Shown here piece by piece: positions 14,940 through 23,380 of a stretch of 32,000 bases of DNA. Source of the DNA: Candidatus Electronema aureum (GTDB lineage Bacteria; Desulfobacterota; Desulfobulbia; Desulfobulbales; Desulfobulbaceae); assembly GCA_004284765.1 (NCBI GenBank), contig NQJD01000019.1, forward strand, positions 1-32,000. The letters are read 5' to 3'. Under the pieces are notes generated by a model. That model ran no database searches, was not told the DNA's origin, and was given only the letters and a program-made list of their open reading frames with translations. Numbering within the stretch: the first letter of the stretch is position 1; every line of letters begins with the position of its first letter. A program made the position numbers and the translations under genes.

Positions 14940-17876
14940 ATGGAAGCTAACACCAAGATCATTATCGGAAATCCGCTTTCTCTGCCCTGTGCCGCGTTAC
15001 TCGCTGCCGCGCTGGCTCTGCATTTGATCAGCCTGTACAACTATCTTCTTTTTCACACCTTAACCGAAATCTTTAGCGTAACGGTTTCCTGCGCAATTTT
15101 TATTTTTGCTTGGAACACGAAGCAAATGCAGAGAAACCACTGCCTGCTCTTCCTCGGCATCGGCTGCCTGTTTACCGGCTGGCTCGATTTGCTCCATTGC
15201 CTAAGCTATAAAGGGATGAATATTTTCAATCAACCCCAAATAGCGACTGAAAATGTCTCCTGTCAGCTTTGGATTGCCGCCCGATATATAGAGAGTGTCT
15301 CGCTGCTGTTAGCCTTTCTTTTTTTGAACAGAATCCTCAGTTCGCACCGGGCCGTGGCTGCTTATTTGACGATAACGTGCCTCATTGTCTTCACCATTTT
15401 CATCTGGCCCATTTTTCCGCTCTGCTATGATGAACAGGCCGGTTTGACCGTCTTCAAAAAAAGCAGCGAATACCTGATATCCTTCTTTTTAACCTGCTCG
15501 TTGTTGCTTCTACACTGGCACCGTGGCCGCTTTGACCGTGATGTTCTCCGCTTGATGCAGGCCGCAATTCTTTTCGCCATCGCAGCAGAGTTATTCTTCA
15601 CTTTTTATGTGGACAGTCACGATCTCTTAAATTTTGCTGGACACTGCTTCCGCATTTTCTCCTGTTACGCCATTTATCGGGCAGTGATTGAGACGGGATT
15701 GACTCAGCCTTTTAGCACGTTGTTTCGGGAATTAAACACACACAAGACCGAATTAGAGAACAAGGTACAGGAGCGCACCGCCGACCTGCAACAAAGCCGA
15801 GATAATCTCCAAGAAGAAATGGCCGAGCGACTGAAGGCAGAAAAGGAGCTGCTTTGGGAGCTATCCGTCAACCGAACACTGGCGCAAGTTGCTGATGCCC
15901 TTATTTCTCGCTCGTTACCGGTACGAGAGATTGAAAAATTAGTAGGTCGGGCAGTTAAGGAGTTGATCGGTAGTGAATACGGTACGGCCAAGGCCGCCCA
16001 TTACGATCCGACAGAGGACAGCGACTCAGGTATGCCGTGGGAAAGCGTTCTCAACACCCGCCAGAGCTTTTTCACTAATTCCATATCTTCGAATGAGCGC
16101 ATCATGGGCATTCCACCGAATCAGATGCCCTATCGAAACTATCTGCATGTGCCTGCGATCATTGACGGCAGAGCAGTCGGACGCATTGCTTTAGCCAACA
16201 AAGAGGGCGAATTCAGTAAGCACGACTTGATTGCTTCAGAACGAATCGCCGCTGTGTTTGCCTTGGCCGTGCAACGCAAACAAACCGAGGATTCCTTGAG
16301 CCGAAGCGAGCGTAAATACCGCAGCTTGTTTAATGATGCTCCTGATATGATTCATATCGTTGGGATCGACAAACGGATCGCTGATGCTAACCCAGCTGAA
16401 CTACAAACGCTGGGTTGCGCCCGCGAAGAGTTGGTCGGCACGCCGCTTTTGAACATCATTCATCCTGAATTCCGCCACAAAAGCGCGCAAGCCCTCGATC
16501 AAATATTTTCTTTCGGTCGCTGTATGCAACATTACGAAACCGCCCTGATCACCAAAGAGGGTGACAAGATTGATGTGGAAGTCAGCGCGGTACCGCAGGT
16601 AGAGAGCGGCAGAGTAGTGACAGTGCGAGCAATTATGCGCAACATCACTGAGCGAAAACGGGAGGAGCAGGAACGCAAGAAGCTGGAGGCCCAATTGCGG
16701 CAATCGCGGAAGATGGAAGCCATCGGCACTTTGGCTGGCGGTATCGCCCATGATTTCAACAACATTTTGGGGCCGATTCTTGGTTATACTGAGATGGCCT
16801 TAGAATTCCTACCAGCTGGCAGTAACATCGCCCCTTGGTTAGAGGAAGTGCAGTGCGCAGGAAGTAGGGCTAAAGAATTAGTGCGACAAATTCTCGCTAT
16901 CAGCCGCAAATGCGAGCAAGAGCTACAACCGCTTCGTATCCAGCCGATCATCAAGGAAACGCTCAAACTGCTACGTTCTTCTCTGCCTGCCACGATTGAA
17001 ATCCGCCAGCAGCTTGATCCTGCCTGCGGTACCGTGCTGGCTGATCCCACTCGGATTCATCAGGTGGTGATGAACCTTTGCACTAACGCCTACCATGCAA
17101 TGCGAGAAACCGGCGGATTACTGGAAGTCTCCTTGCGGCAGATCGAGCTAACTGCTGACACCTTGCAGAGTAAACTGCGACTACCGCTTGGCATGTATCT
17201 TCAGTTAGAGGTAAGGGACTCTGGCTGCGGTATGCCAGAAGAAATGTTGGAGAAAATTTTTGAGCCGTATTTCACCACCAGAGCTAAAGGTGAAGGGACC
17301 GGGTTGGGATTGGCCTTGGTGCAGAGTATTGCGCTCGATTTTGGTGGCGATGTTACCGTGACGAGTGAACTGGGCAGAAATACGGTTTTTCTGGTATATT
17401 TACCGGTGATCCAAACCGCTAAAGAAGACCGTATAGGCAATGATGCTAGATTGCTGCCGACCGGTTCTGAGCGGATAATAGTAGTTGATGATGATATCAA
17501 CATCGCTGAACTGAGCAGAAACATGCTGGCAAGTCTTGGCTACCGGGTCATGGCACTGAACGGCAGCACTGAGGCCTTAACCGTGTTTGAGCAGCAGCCA
17601 GAGGCTTTTGATCTGGTTTTCACTGATATGACCATGCCGCAGATGACTGGCGCAGTTTTGGCCAGAAAAATTCTTGCCCTTCGTCCTGAGCTGCCGGTGG
17701 TGCTTTGTACCGGCTTCAGCGAGTTGATCGATGAGCAGAAAGCCACAGAAATCGGCATCTGCGCTTTGCTCATGAAGCCCTTTACCAAAGGGGAATTGGC
17801 TTTGACAGTGCGTACCGCGCTCGACCGGAACGTGCAGAAGTTGCCACTCATTGAAAAAAGAGATATAACATGCTGA
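14940..17876 (+). CDS. hybrid sensor histidine kinase/response regulator (MASE3-like membrane domain, coiled coil, GAF, PAS, HisKA, HATPase_c, REC)
   Basis: I chose the ATG at 14940; the track start at 14919 is a TTG. The protein has about 7 TM helices including [23 protein letters not shown] (MASE3-like). The H-box is [10 protein letters not shown]. The ATP-lid motifs are DSGCGM and GEGTGLGLA. The receiver domain reads IIVVDDD...[10 protein letters not shown]...K. Confidence 0.9.
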   Translation: MEANTKIIIGNPLSLPCAALLAAALALHLISLYNYLLFHTLTEIFSVTVSCAIFIFAWNTKQMQRNHCLLFLGIGCLFTGWLDLLHCLSYKGMNIFNQPQIATENVSCQLWIAARYIESVSLLLAFLFLNRILSSHRAVAAYLTITCLIVFTIFIWPIFPLCYDEQAGLTVFKKSSEYLISFFLTCSLLLLHWHRGRFDRDVLRLMQAAILFAIAAELFFTFYVDSHDLLNFAGHCFRIFSCYAIYRAVIETGLTQPFSTLFRELNTHKTELENKVQERTADLQQSRDNLQEEMAERLKAEKELLWELSVNRTLAQVADALISRSLPVREIEKLVGRAVKELIGSEYGTAKAAHYDPTEDSDSGMPWESVLNTRQSFFTNSISSNERIMGIPPNQMPYRNYLHVPAIIDGRAVGRIALANKEGEFSKHDLIASERIAAVFALAVQRKQTEDSLSRSERKYRSLFNDAPDMIHIVGIDKRIADANPAELQTLGCAREELVGTPLLNIIHPEFRHKSAQALDQIFSFGRCMQHYETALITKEGDKIDVEVSAVPQVESGRVVTVRAIMRNITERKREEQERKKLEAQLRQSRKMEAIGTLAGGIAHDFNNILGPILGYTEMALEFLPAGSNIAPWLEEVQCAGSRAKELVRQILAISRKCEQELQPLRIQPIIKETLKLLRSSLPATIEIRQQLDPACGTVLADPTRIHQVVMNLCTNAYHAMRETGGLLEVSLRQIELTADTLQSKLRLPLGMYLQLEVRDSGCGMPEEMLEKIFEPYFTTRAKGEGTGLGLALVQSIALDFGGDVTVTSELGRNTVFLVYLPVIQTAKEDRIGNDARLLPTGSERIIVVDDDINIAELSRNMLASLGYRVMALNGSTEALTVFEQQPEAFDLVFTDMTMPQMTGAVLARKILALRPELPVVLCTGFSELIDEQKATEIGICALLMKPFTKGELALTVRTALDRNVQKLPLIEKRDITC

Positions 17877-17936
17877 TCTTCATGATGCAGTTAAGGGGGT
17901 AGTTGATTGGGTAAAATTTTCTACGGGAGAAGCAGC

Positions 17937-18467
17937 ATGAAATATTCCGTGTACCTGTCGGCAATAGCTTTGTTGCTGCTGGCGGCAAAACCATCAGCGG
18001 CACTTGCTTCTGGCAGTAAAACTGCTGCGGATGCGGCAGAAGCTGACAAAAAACTCCACGAAGTCTTAGTTTCCTACACCGCGCCTTTTCACCAAGTAGT
18101 GCTCACCAAAGACCTGCATCTTACTGACACCGAGGAAGTGACTGAATACGATAATCCGGTTTCTTCGACCCCTTCAAAAACCGTCACGGTGAAAAAAACT
18201 GCCCAAATATCCAAGGAGCAGGCAGCAGAACTGTTGCTCTTCATCAAAGAAAACGGTTTTCATCAGCTCAAGGATGAATACGGAGCCGGGCCGCAAGAGC
18301 GCAACTATCCCTACACAATCCTTGTTCGAGAAGACGGAACGCGCGAAAAGCAAGTAGTTTATCGCAGCAACCCAGCAGCAGCGGCCCGCCCTAAGGCGTT
18401 TTCTCAAACGGAAAAAAAGATCATCGAGTTCGCCAGCAAGGCGGTTCAACTCAAAACAGGAGAATAA
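17937..18467 (+). CDS. exported hypothetical protein (176 aa)
   Basis: The ATG at 17937 is preceded by GGGAGAAG. The signal peptide is MKYSVYLSAIALLLLAAKPSAALA. I recognise no family. The stop is 1 nt before the next gene's ATG, with AGGAG embedded in the 3' end. Confidence 0.65.
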   Translation: MKYSVYLSAIALLLLAAKPSAALASGSKTAADAAEADKKLHEVLVSYTAPFHQVVLTKDLHLTDTEEVTEYDNPVSSTPSKTVTVKKTAQISKEQAAELLLFIKENGFHQLKDEYGAGPQERNYPYTILVREDGTREKQVVYRSNPAAAARPKAFSQTEKKIIEFASKAVQLKTGE

Positions 18468-18468
18468 T

Positions 18469-19422
18469 ATGAAAGCGGCAAAATTAGTGTTGGTTGCAGT
18501 ATCTCTGCTGCTGTTCGCAGGTACACTGTCCTCTGACTGGGCAGAGGCGCAGGGACGCAGACAGCGGGAAGCAGAACGCGAGGTCGAGGCAGGCGGCTGG
18601 CAGGTGGCCTATGGCAAGGAATTGACGGAAACAGATGCCGAGCAAGGTGAGGTCGCATCGGGAGTTTCCATTTTTGCCGGACGTGGCACAAGAGAAATGG
18701 GTGTGCTGCATAATTGGGCGGACGCGCTGGTGCGGCAAGCAGTGGGCTTACTGCCACCTGCGGCGACTCGTGATTTTGAGCAAGAGGAGCGATTTCAGGC
18801 CATGCGTTTCACCGTGCGCACCGTGCGGGAGCTGCTGCGTGACAGACGTTCCGGCGTAAAGCAGATGGAACTCAATTCAGTGGAACTCAAGGTCGGTGTG
18901 CTGGAATACCGAGGCAGTCGCAGAGACAGAGAATGGGGTGCTGAAAGGGAAAGAAGATCAGATCTACTTTTTGTCCCTTATGTAGGAATGCGGGCAAAAG
19001 TAGATAAAGAAGACTGGCGCAGCGACCGTGATGAACTCCGTGAGCAGCGTGAGCCAAATGCCGCTTACGCACCGCCGGTCATTGATTCTCCGCATCAGTA
19101 TCAACATGTGCCAATGGGACTGAGTTCTGCTGAAGTGATGAATGAGTTATCGCTCAACAACACTGCCCGCAAAATCAACGATAAACGCTGGGAGTGGACC
19201 GCTTACATTGACGGGCCTGCATCGTATCTGCGCCGGATCAGCTCGGTCACGTATTATCTACATCCTTCGTTCAATCCCAGCACCCAGCAGGGCGACCGCA
19301 CTCGGCCCGGCCATCCGCTGACCGCAAACGGTTGGGGAGTTTTTGTTCTCAAAGCAGAAGTTGTTTTAGATGATGGAACACGCCGCATTTATCAACACCA
19401 GCTGCGACTTGGGCAGCTCTAA
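18469..19422 (+). CDS. exported protein: novel N-domain, Arg/Asp/Glu-rich linker, and a C-terminal YEATS-like (pYEATS) domain
   Basis: The signal peptide is MKAAKLVLVAVSLLLFAGTLSSDWAEA. The N-domain is paralogous to the next gene. The C-terminal ~90 aa read KRWEWTAYIDGP...VTYYLHPSFNP...NGWGVFVLKAEVVLDDGTRRIYQHQLRL, which matches the YEATS pattern (LHxSF and G-aromatic-G-x-F). Confidence 0.7.
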   Translation: MKAAKLVLVAVSLLLFAGTLSSDWAEAQGRRQREAEREVEAGGWQVAYGKELTETDAEQGEVASGVSIFAGRGTREMGVLHNWADALVRQAVGLLPPAATRDFEQEERFQAMRFTVRTVRELLRDRRSGVKQMELNSVELKVGVLEYRGSRRDREWGAERERRSDLLFVPYVGMRAKVDKEDWRSDRDELREQREPNAAYAPPVIDSPHQYQHVPMGLSSAEVMNELSLNNTARKINDKRWEWTAYIDGPASYLRRISSVTYYLHPSFNPSTQQGDRTRPGHPLTANGWGVFVLKAEVVLDDGTRRIYQHQLRLGQL

Positions 19423-19485
19423 TCCAATGCAACTTGGCCTTTTGATGTGTTGTCAGAAGGCCGCTAAAAATAACCACAGGAAAAG

Positions 19486-20073
19486 ATGATGAGAGCATCA
19501 AGATTGGTATTAGTCGCAGTGTCTGTGCTGCTGCTCGTTGCCGCAGCACAAGACGTTTTTGCTCAGAGAAGGTGGCGAGCAAAGGAAGAAGTGGAAGCGG
19601 GCGGCTGGTATGTAGCCTACGGTAATGAACTGACGGAAGGTGATGCTGCGCGAGGTAACGTGGAATCATGGGTTTCTTTGCAAAACAGTGACAGAGAGAC
19701 CATCAGAACATGGTCTGACTCATTGCTCCGGCAGGCTATTGCCTTGATGGTGAGCAATGCTGGCCCAGAGTCAGCAGACAGATTTGAGCGAGAGCATCAA
19801 CGCGATGCGCGAAGATTCGGCGTTGAAACGCTGAGAGACTTGCTTGGCAGCAGGACTTCTGGCGCGCAGATATTGTCGTTGCGTTCGATTGAATTCAAGG
19901 CAGGGGTGATGGAGTATAGAGATAGAAACTCAGATTACGGCAGGCGGCGGGATACCGTGTTCATGCCATACTTTGCCCTACGGCCAAAATATGGCCATCG
20001 CTCTCGTCATGATGGATATCGAGATGACCGGGACGACTACAGACGGGATAGATACGACCGACGGGGATATTGA
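19486..20073 (+). CDS. exported paralog of the N-domain of 18469..19422, with an Arg/Asp/Tyr-rich tail
   Basis: The signal peptide is MMRASRLVLVAVSVLLLVAAAQDVFA. By eye it is about 40% identical to the upstream gene over ~150 aa (EVEAGGWxVAYGxELTExDA, LLRQA, RFxVxTxRxLL, SxExKxGVxEYR). The tail reads RSRHDGYRDDRDDYRRDRYDRRGY. Confidence 0.7.
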   Translation: MMRASRLVLVAVSVLLLVAAAQDVFAQRRWRAKEEVEAGGWYVAYGNELTEGDAARGNVESWVSLQNSDRETIRTWSDSLLRQAIALMVSNAGPESADRFEREHQRDARRFGVETLRDLLGSRTSGAQILSLRSIEFKAGVMEYRDRNSDYGRRRDTVFMPYFALRPKYGHRSRHDGYRDDRDDYRRDRYDRRGY

Positions 20074-20096
20074 CAATTTGATCTGCTGAAGAGAAT

Positions 20097-20130
20097 AGAG
20101 GGTAGATGTAGAAATATCTGCCCTCTGTTT
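20097..20130 (+). terminator. probable terminator of the kinase/exported-protein transcription unit
   Basis: AGAGGGTAGAT (20097..20107) pairs with ATCTGCCCTCT (20116..20126), an 11-bp stem with one G-U pair and an 8-nt loop. It is followed by GTTTCTGAATTT. Confidence 0.5.
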
Positions 20131-20155
20131 CTGAATTTAGGAAAAAATATTCGAC

Positions 20156-21004
20156 ATGGCACAACACGACGAGCTTGATATTCAATTACACAAACAGCAA
20201 GCAGAAGAAGCCACCGCTTTTCTTCGCGCCCGGTTACCGGTTTTGCCGGAAGTGTTGATTCAGCTTGGCACCGGACTCGGTGGTTTAGCCGCAGCAATGA
20301 CAGAAAGTATCAGTATTCCTTACAAGGACATCCCCCATTTTCCCCGCTCTACTGTCACTACCCACGCCGGAAATTTAGTTTGTGGCAAGTTGGCTGGGAA
20401 ACCTGCCGCTGTCCTTCAAGGTCGCTTTCATTATTATGAAGGCTACTCCGCCCGCGAGGTTGGCTTTCCTCTTCGAGTGCTGTCGCTCTTGGGAGTGAGG
20501 ACGGCGATCATCACCAACGCCGCAGGTGGCCTCAATCCGGCTTGGCAGGCAGGAAGTATCATGATCTGCAACGATCACCTCAACCTGCTGCCAGACAATC
20601 CTTTACGCGGCCCCAACGTGGATGAATGGGGGCCACGTTTCCCTGATTTTTCCCAACCGTACAGCGCGGAGCTGCGCGAACTGGCCGGTCAAGCGGCCAG
20701 CAGGCTCGGCTTTACCGAAGTCTGTTCCGGCACCTATGTCTGCATTCCCGGCCCCAGCCTTGAAACTCCGGCAGAAACTCGGATGCTGCGGCTCCTCGGT
20801 GCAGATGCGGTGGGTATGTCCTCGGTGCCAGAGGTGATTACTGCGTTGCACGGCGGCTTGCGGGTGCTGGGACTGTCGGTAATCGCCAATCTCAATGACC
20901 CGGACAAATTCGTCCCCATTCTCATCGAGGACATTGTTGCAGCGGCGCAGCGGGCGGAACCCCGGCTCCAAGAACTCATTTTAGATATTGTGCGAGAACT
21001 GTAA
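20156..21004 (+). CDS. punA: purine nucleoside phosphorylase (trimeric PunA/PNP type)
   Basis: Motifs ...[37 protein letters not shown]... and ...[29 protein letters not shown]... are characteristic of the PNP/MTAP family, in PunA-like order. Confidence 0.85.
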   Translation: MAQHDELDIQLHKQQAEEATAFLRARLPVLPEVLIQLGTGLGGLAAAMTESISIPYKDIPHFPRSTVTTHAGNLVCGKLAGKPAAVLQGRFHYYEGYSAREVGFPLRVLSLLGVRTAIITNAAGGLNPAWQAGSIMICNDHLNLLPDNPLRGPNVDEWGPRFPDFSQPYSAELRELAGQAASRLGFTEVCSGTYVCIPGPSLETPAETRMLRLLGADAVGMSSVPEVITALHGGLRVLGLSVIANLNDPDKFVPILIEDIVAAAQRAEPRLQELILDIVREL

Positions 21005-21006
21005 AC

Positions 21007-22965
21007 ATGGGCGTAGCAGCAGACATTGTCATCATCGTGGTCGCAGCCTTAGTTGGCGCATTGATCGCCCAGCGGCTGAGACAACCGCTGATCTTGGGGT
21101 ACATTGCTGCTGGAATCGTGGTTGGCCCAAACACGGGCGGGATAACGGTTGGTGATATCCACGAAATCGAGCTGTTGGCGGAAATCGGCGTGGCTCTGCT
21201 GCTTTTTGCCTTGGGCTTGGAATTTTCCCTCAGCGAGCTGAAACCGGTGCGCAGGATTGCCCTCTTCGGCACACCGGTACAAATTCTGCTCACTATCGTT
21301 TTCGGCTTTTTCCTTGGCACATACCTTGGCTGGCCGTGGACTGCTGCGGTCTGGTTAGGCGCGCTGATCTCGCTGTCCAGCACGATGGTAACGCTGAAAA
21401 CTCTGATGAGTCGGGGTTTAGTGGGTACGCTGTCCAGCAAGGTCATGATCGGGATGTTGATTGTGCAGGACATTGCCGTCATTCCGATGATGATCATTCT
21501 GCCGCAACTGAGCAGCCCAGAGACCGGTTTGCCGCTCCTCGCGCTTGCCGCAGGCAAATCTGCCATCTTCCTCTTGCTGATGCTGTATATTGGCAGAAAG
21601 CTGCTGCCGTGGCTGCTGGCGCATGTTGCGCAATGGAATTCCAGAGAATTGTTTATTCTTTCTATCACCGCAATAGGACTTGGAGTCGGTTATGCAACCT
21701 ACCTCTTTGGTCTTTCCTTTGCCTTTGGCGCATTTGTCGCAGGCATGGTACTCAGTGAGTCAGATTACGGGCATCAGGCATTGAGCGACATTATTCCGCT
21801 GCGGGACATCTTTGGCCTGCTCTTTTTTACCTCGGTTGGGATGCTCCTTGATCTCTCTTTCCTGGTTGAAAATTTAGGAAAGATTTTTTTCTTAGTTGCT
21901 GCTATTGGTTTGTTCAAAGGTGCCTTGTTTTTTGCCTTAGCCGTCTTCTTTGGTTATAGCAATATTGTACCCTTGGCTGTTGGTTTTGGTCTTTTCCAGA
22001 TTGGTGAATTTGCTTTTGTACTGGCACGAGTCGGATTAGAAACAAAGGCGATTGATCAAGATATGTACTCAATGGTACTTGCTCTTTCTGTCATAAGTAT
22101 GGTGCTGACCCCCTTTGCTTCAGCGTTGGTTCCCACGCTTTATAAAGTAAAAAAACGTTTATTTCAACATGAGCCGCTGCAAACAGAGAACATCCCTCAT
22201 GATGGCCTGACGGATCACGTAGTGATTGCTGGCGGCGGGAGAGTTGGTCAGCATATTGCCCAAGTATTGACTAAGCTCAATTTGCCGTTTGTCATCATCG
22301 AAATGAATTACCAGCGGATGATGGAATGCAAGGATGCAAGCTATCCCGTCATCTATGGCGACATGAGCCAGCCTACTGTCATTACAGCTTCGGAGTTGCA
22401 AGCAGCCAGAGTGCTTCTGATTACCGCTCCTTCAGTTGTCACCTCGCAGGCGATTGTCCAACAGGCACATCTTCTCCGCCCTGATTTACATATCATTGTT
22501 CGGGCTAATGGTGCTGATCAAGCGCAGACCTTATATGAAAGCGGTATTTACATGGCCGTGTTACCAGAAATGGAAGCTGGACTTGAGATTGCCCGGCAGG
22601 CTCTGCTCCATTTAGAGATTCCAGTAGCGGTGATTCAGCAATATACCGACGCGGTGCGGCAGCAGCTCTATGCGCCGATTTATCAAACGGGAAATGGCCA
22701 TCAGCTTTTAGCAAAACTTGACAATATCAAGAATATGCTCGAAATATCATGGTTTACTATCATGCCAGAAAGTACGTTAGTCTGTAAAAGTATCAAAGAT
22801 GCCGCTGTCCGCACCAAAACTGGAGCCTCTATTGTTGGTATCATCCACGAGAAGAAATTTATTTCCAATCCACAGATAGATTATTCTTTTCAAGAGGGTG
22901 ATTTAGTAGCGGTGGTTGGCAATCAAGACGAGCGGAACGCTTTCAAAAAGCTGGCGGGTATTTGA
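21007..22965 (+). CDS. CPA2-family monovalent cation:proton antiporter (Kef-type) with TrkA-N and TrkA-C (RCK) domains
   Basis: It has about 12-13 TM helices with the typical N-terminus [22 protein letters not shown] Rossmann GxGxxG ([10 protein letters not shown]) follows, then a C-terminal TrkA-C-like segment. The gene starts 2 nt after the punA stop. Confidence 0.9.
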   Translation: MGVAADIVIIVVAALVGALIAQRLRQPLILGYIAAGIVVGPNTGGITVGDIHEIELLAEIGVALLLFALGLEFSLSELKPVRRIALFGTPVQILLTIVFGFFLGTYLGWPWTAAVWLGALISLSSTMVTLKTLMSRGLVGTLSSKVMIGMLIVQDIAVIPMMIILPQLSSPETGLPLLALAAGKSAIFLLLMLYIGRKLLPWLLAHVAQWNSRELFILSITAIGLGVGYATYLFGLSFAFGAFVAGMVLSESDYGHQALSDIIPLRDIFGLLFFTSVGMLLDLSFLVENLGKIFFLVAAIGLFKGALFFALAVFFGYSNIVPLAVGFGLFQIGEFAFVLARVGLETKAIDQDMYSMVLALSVISMVLTPFASALVPTLYKVKKRLFQHEPLQTENIPHDGLTDHVVIAGGGRVGQHIAQVLTKLNLPFVIIEMNYQRMMECKDASYPVIYGDMSQPTVITASELQAARVLLITAPSVVTSQAIVQQAHLLRPDLHIIVRANGADQAQTLYESGIYMAVLPEMEAGLEIARQALLHLEIPVAVIQQYTDAVRQQLYAPIYQTGNGHQLLAKLDNIKNMLEISWFTIMPESTLVCKSIKDAAVRTKTGASIVGIIHEKKFISNPQIDYSFQEGDLVAVVGNQDERNAFKKLAGI

Positions 22966-23369
22966 TGACGCAGGACGATTTTCCCTTTCATTTCAACAGT
23001 GATGCCTGTGCAAGCTGCGGCGGACGCTGCTGTCGTGGCGCGGGCGGCTACGTCTGGGTGAGCTGGGAAGAGCTGGAAGAAATGGCAAAAGTAAGGGGAA
23101 TGAACGCGGGCCTCTTTGCTAAACAATATGCGCGACGAGTACAAGACAGGCTATCCTTACAAGAGCGCATCATTAGCGGTGAGCATTTCTGTTGCTTCTT
23201 TGATCGGATTGACTGCCGCTGCACCATCTATGAAAGCAGACCAACACAATGCAGAACCTTTCCCTTTTGGGAAAGGTTCAAGCAAGACCCGCAAGAGCTT
23301 TTTGCTGAATGTCTTGGAGTTGTAAAAATCCCCCAGCTCATTATCTGCGGGGGATCAAATACAACGTAA
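22965..23369 (+). CDS. YkgJ-family (CxxCxxCC) Zn/Fe cysteine-cluster protein
   Basis: The ATG at 22965 overlaps the kef TGA (TGATG). The motifs are CASCGGRCC near the N-terminus and CCFF...CRCTIYESRPTQCRTFPFW later. Confidence 0.75.
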   Translation: MTQDDFPFHFNSDACASCGGRCCRGAGGYVWVSWEELEEMAKVRGMNAGLFAKQYARRVQDRLSLQERIISGEHFCCFFDRIDCRCTIYESRPTQCRTFPFWERFKQDPQELFAECLGVVKIPQLIICGGSNTT

Positions 23370-23380
23370 ACTTTTTCTTT

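Noticed and set aside
14443-15040. Minus-strand ORFs 14443..14877 and 14615..15040 spanning the gap between the AAA+ gene and the kinase, plus the hairpin GCAGCGGT...ACCGCTGC at about 14887..14914.
   Set aside because: The ORFs overlap the ends of two well-supported genes on the opposite strand and lack motifs or an SD. The hairpin has no U-tract, so I do not call it a terminator.
136-17936. The longest-ORF starts given in the track for several genes (136, 707, 14919 TTG, 17907 TTG, 22962 TTG).
   Set aside because: The downstream ATGs at 193, 773, 14940, 17937 and 22965 fit better. They put the signal peptides or the Tat motif at the N-terminus, have better SD spacing, or create typical stop/start overlaps. 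The extensions add non-homologous leaders.
20976-21668. 230-aa minus-strand ORF overlapping the punA end and the kef start, plus other antisense ORFs in kef (21049..21282, 21418..21633).
   Set aside because: It is antisense to the strongly supported CPA2 membrane domain. The sequence is low-complexity and Ser/Thr/Ile-rich, mirroring the hydrophobic codons of kef. It has no SD and no motifs.
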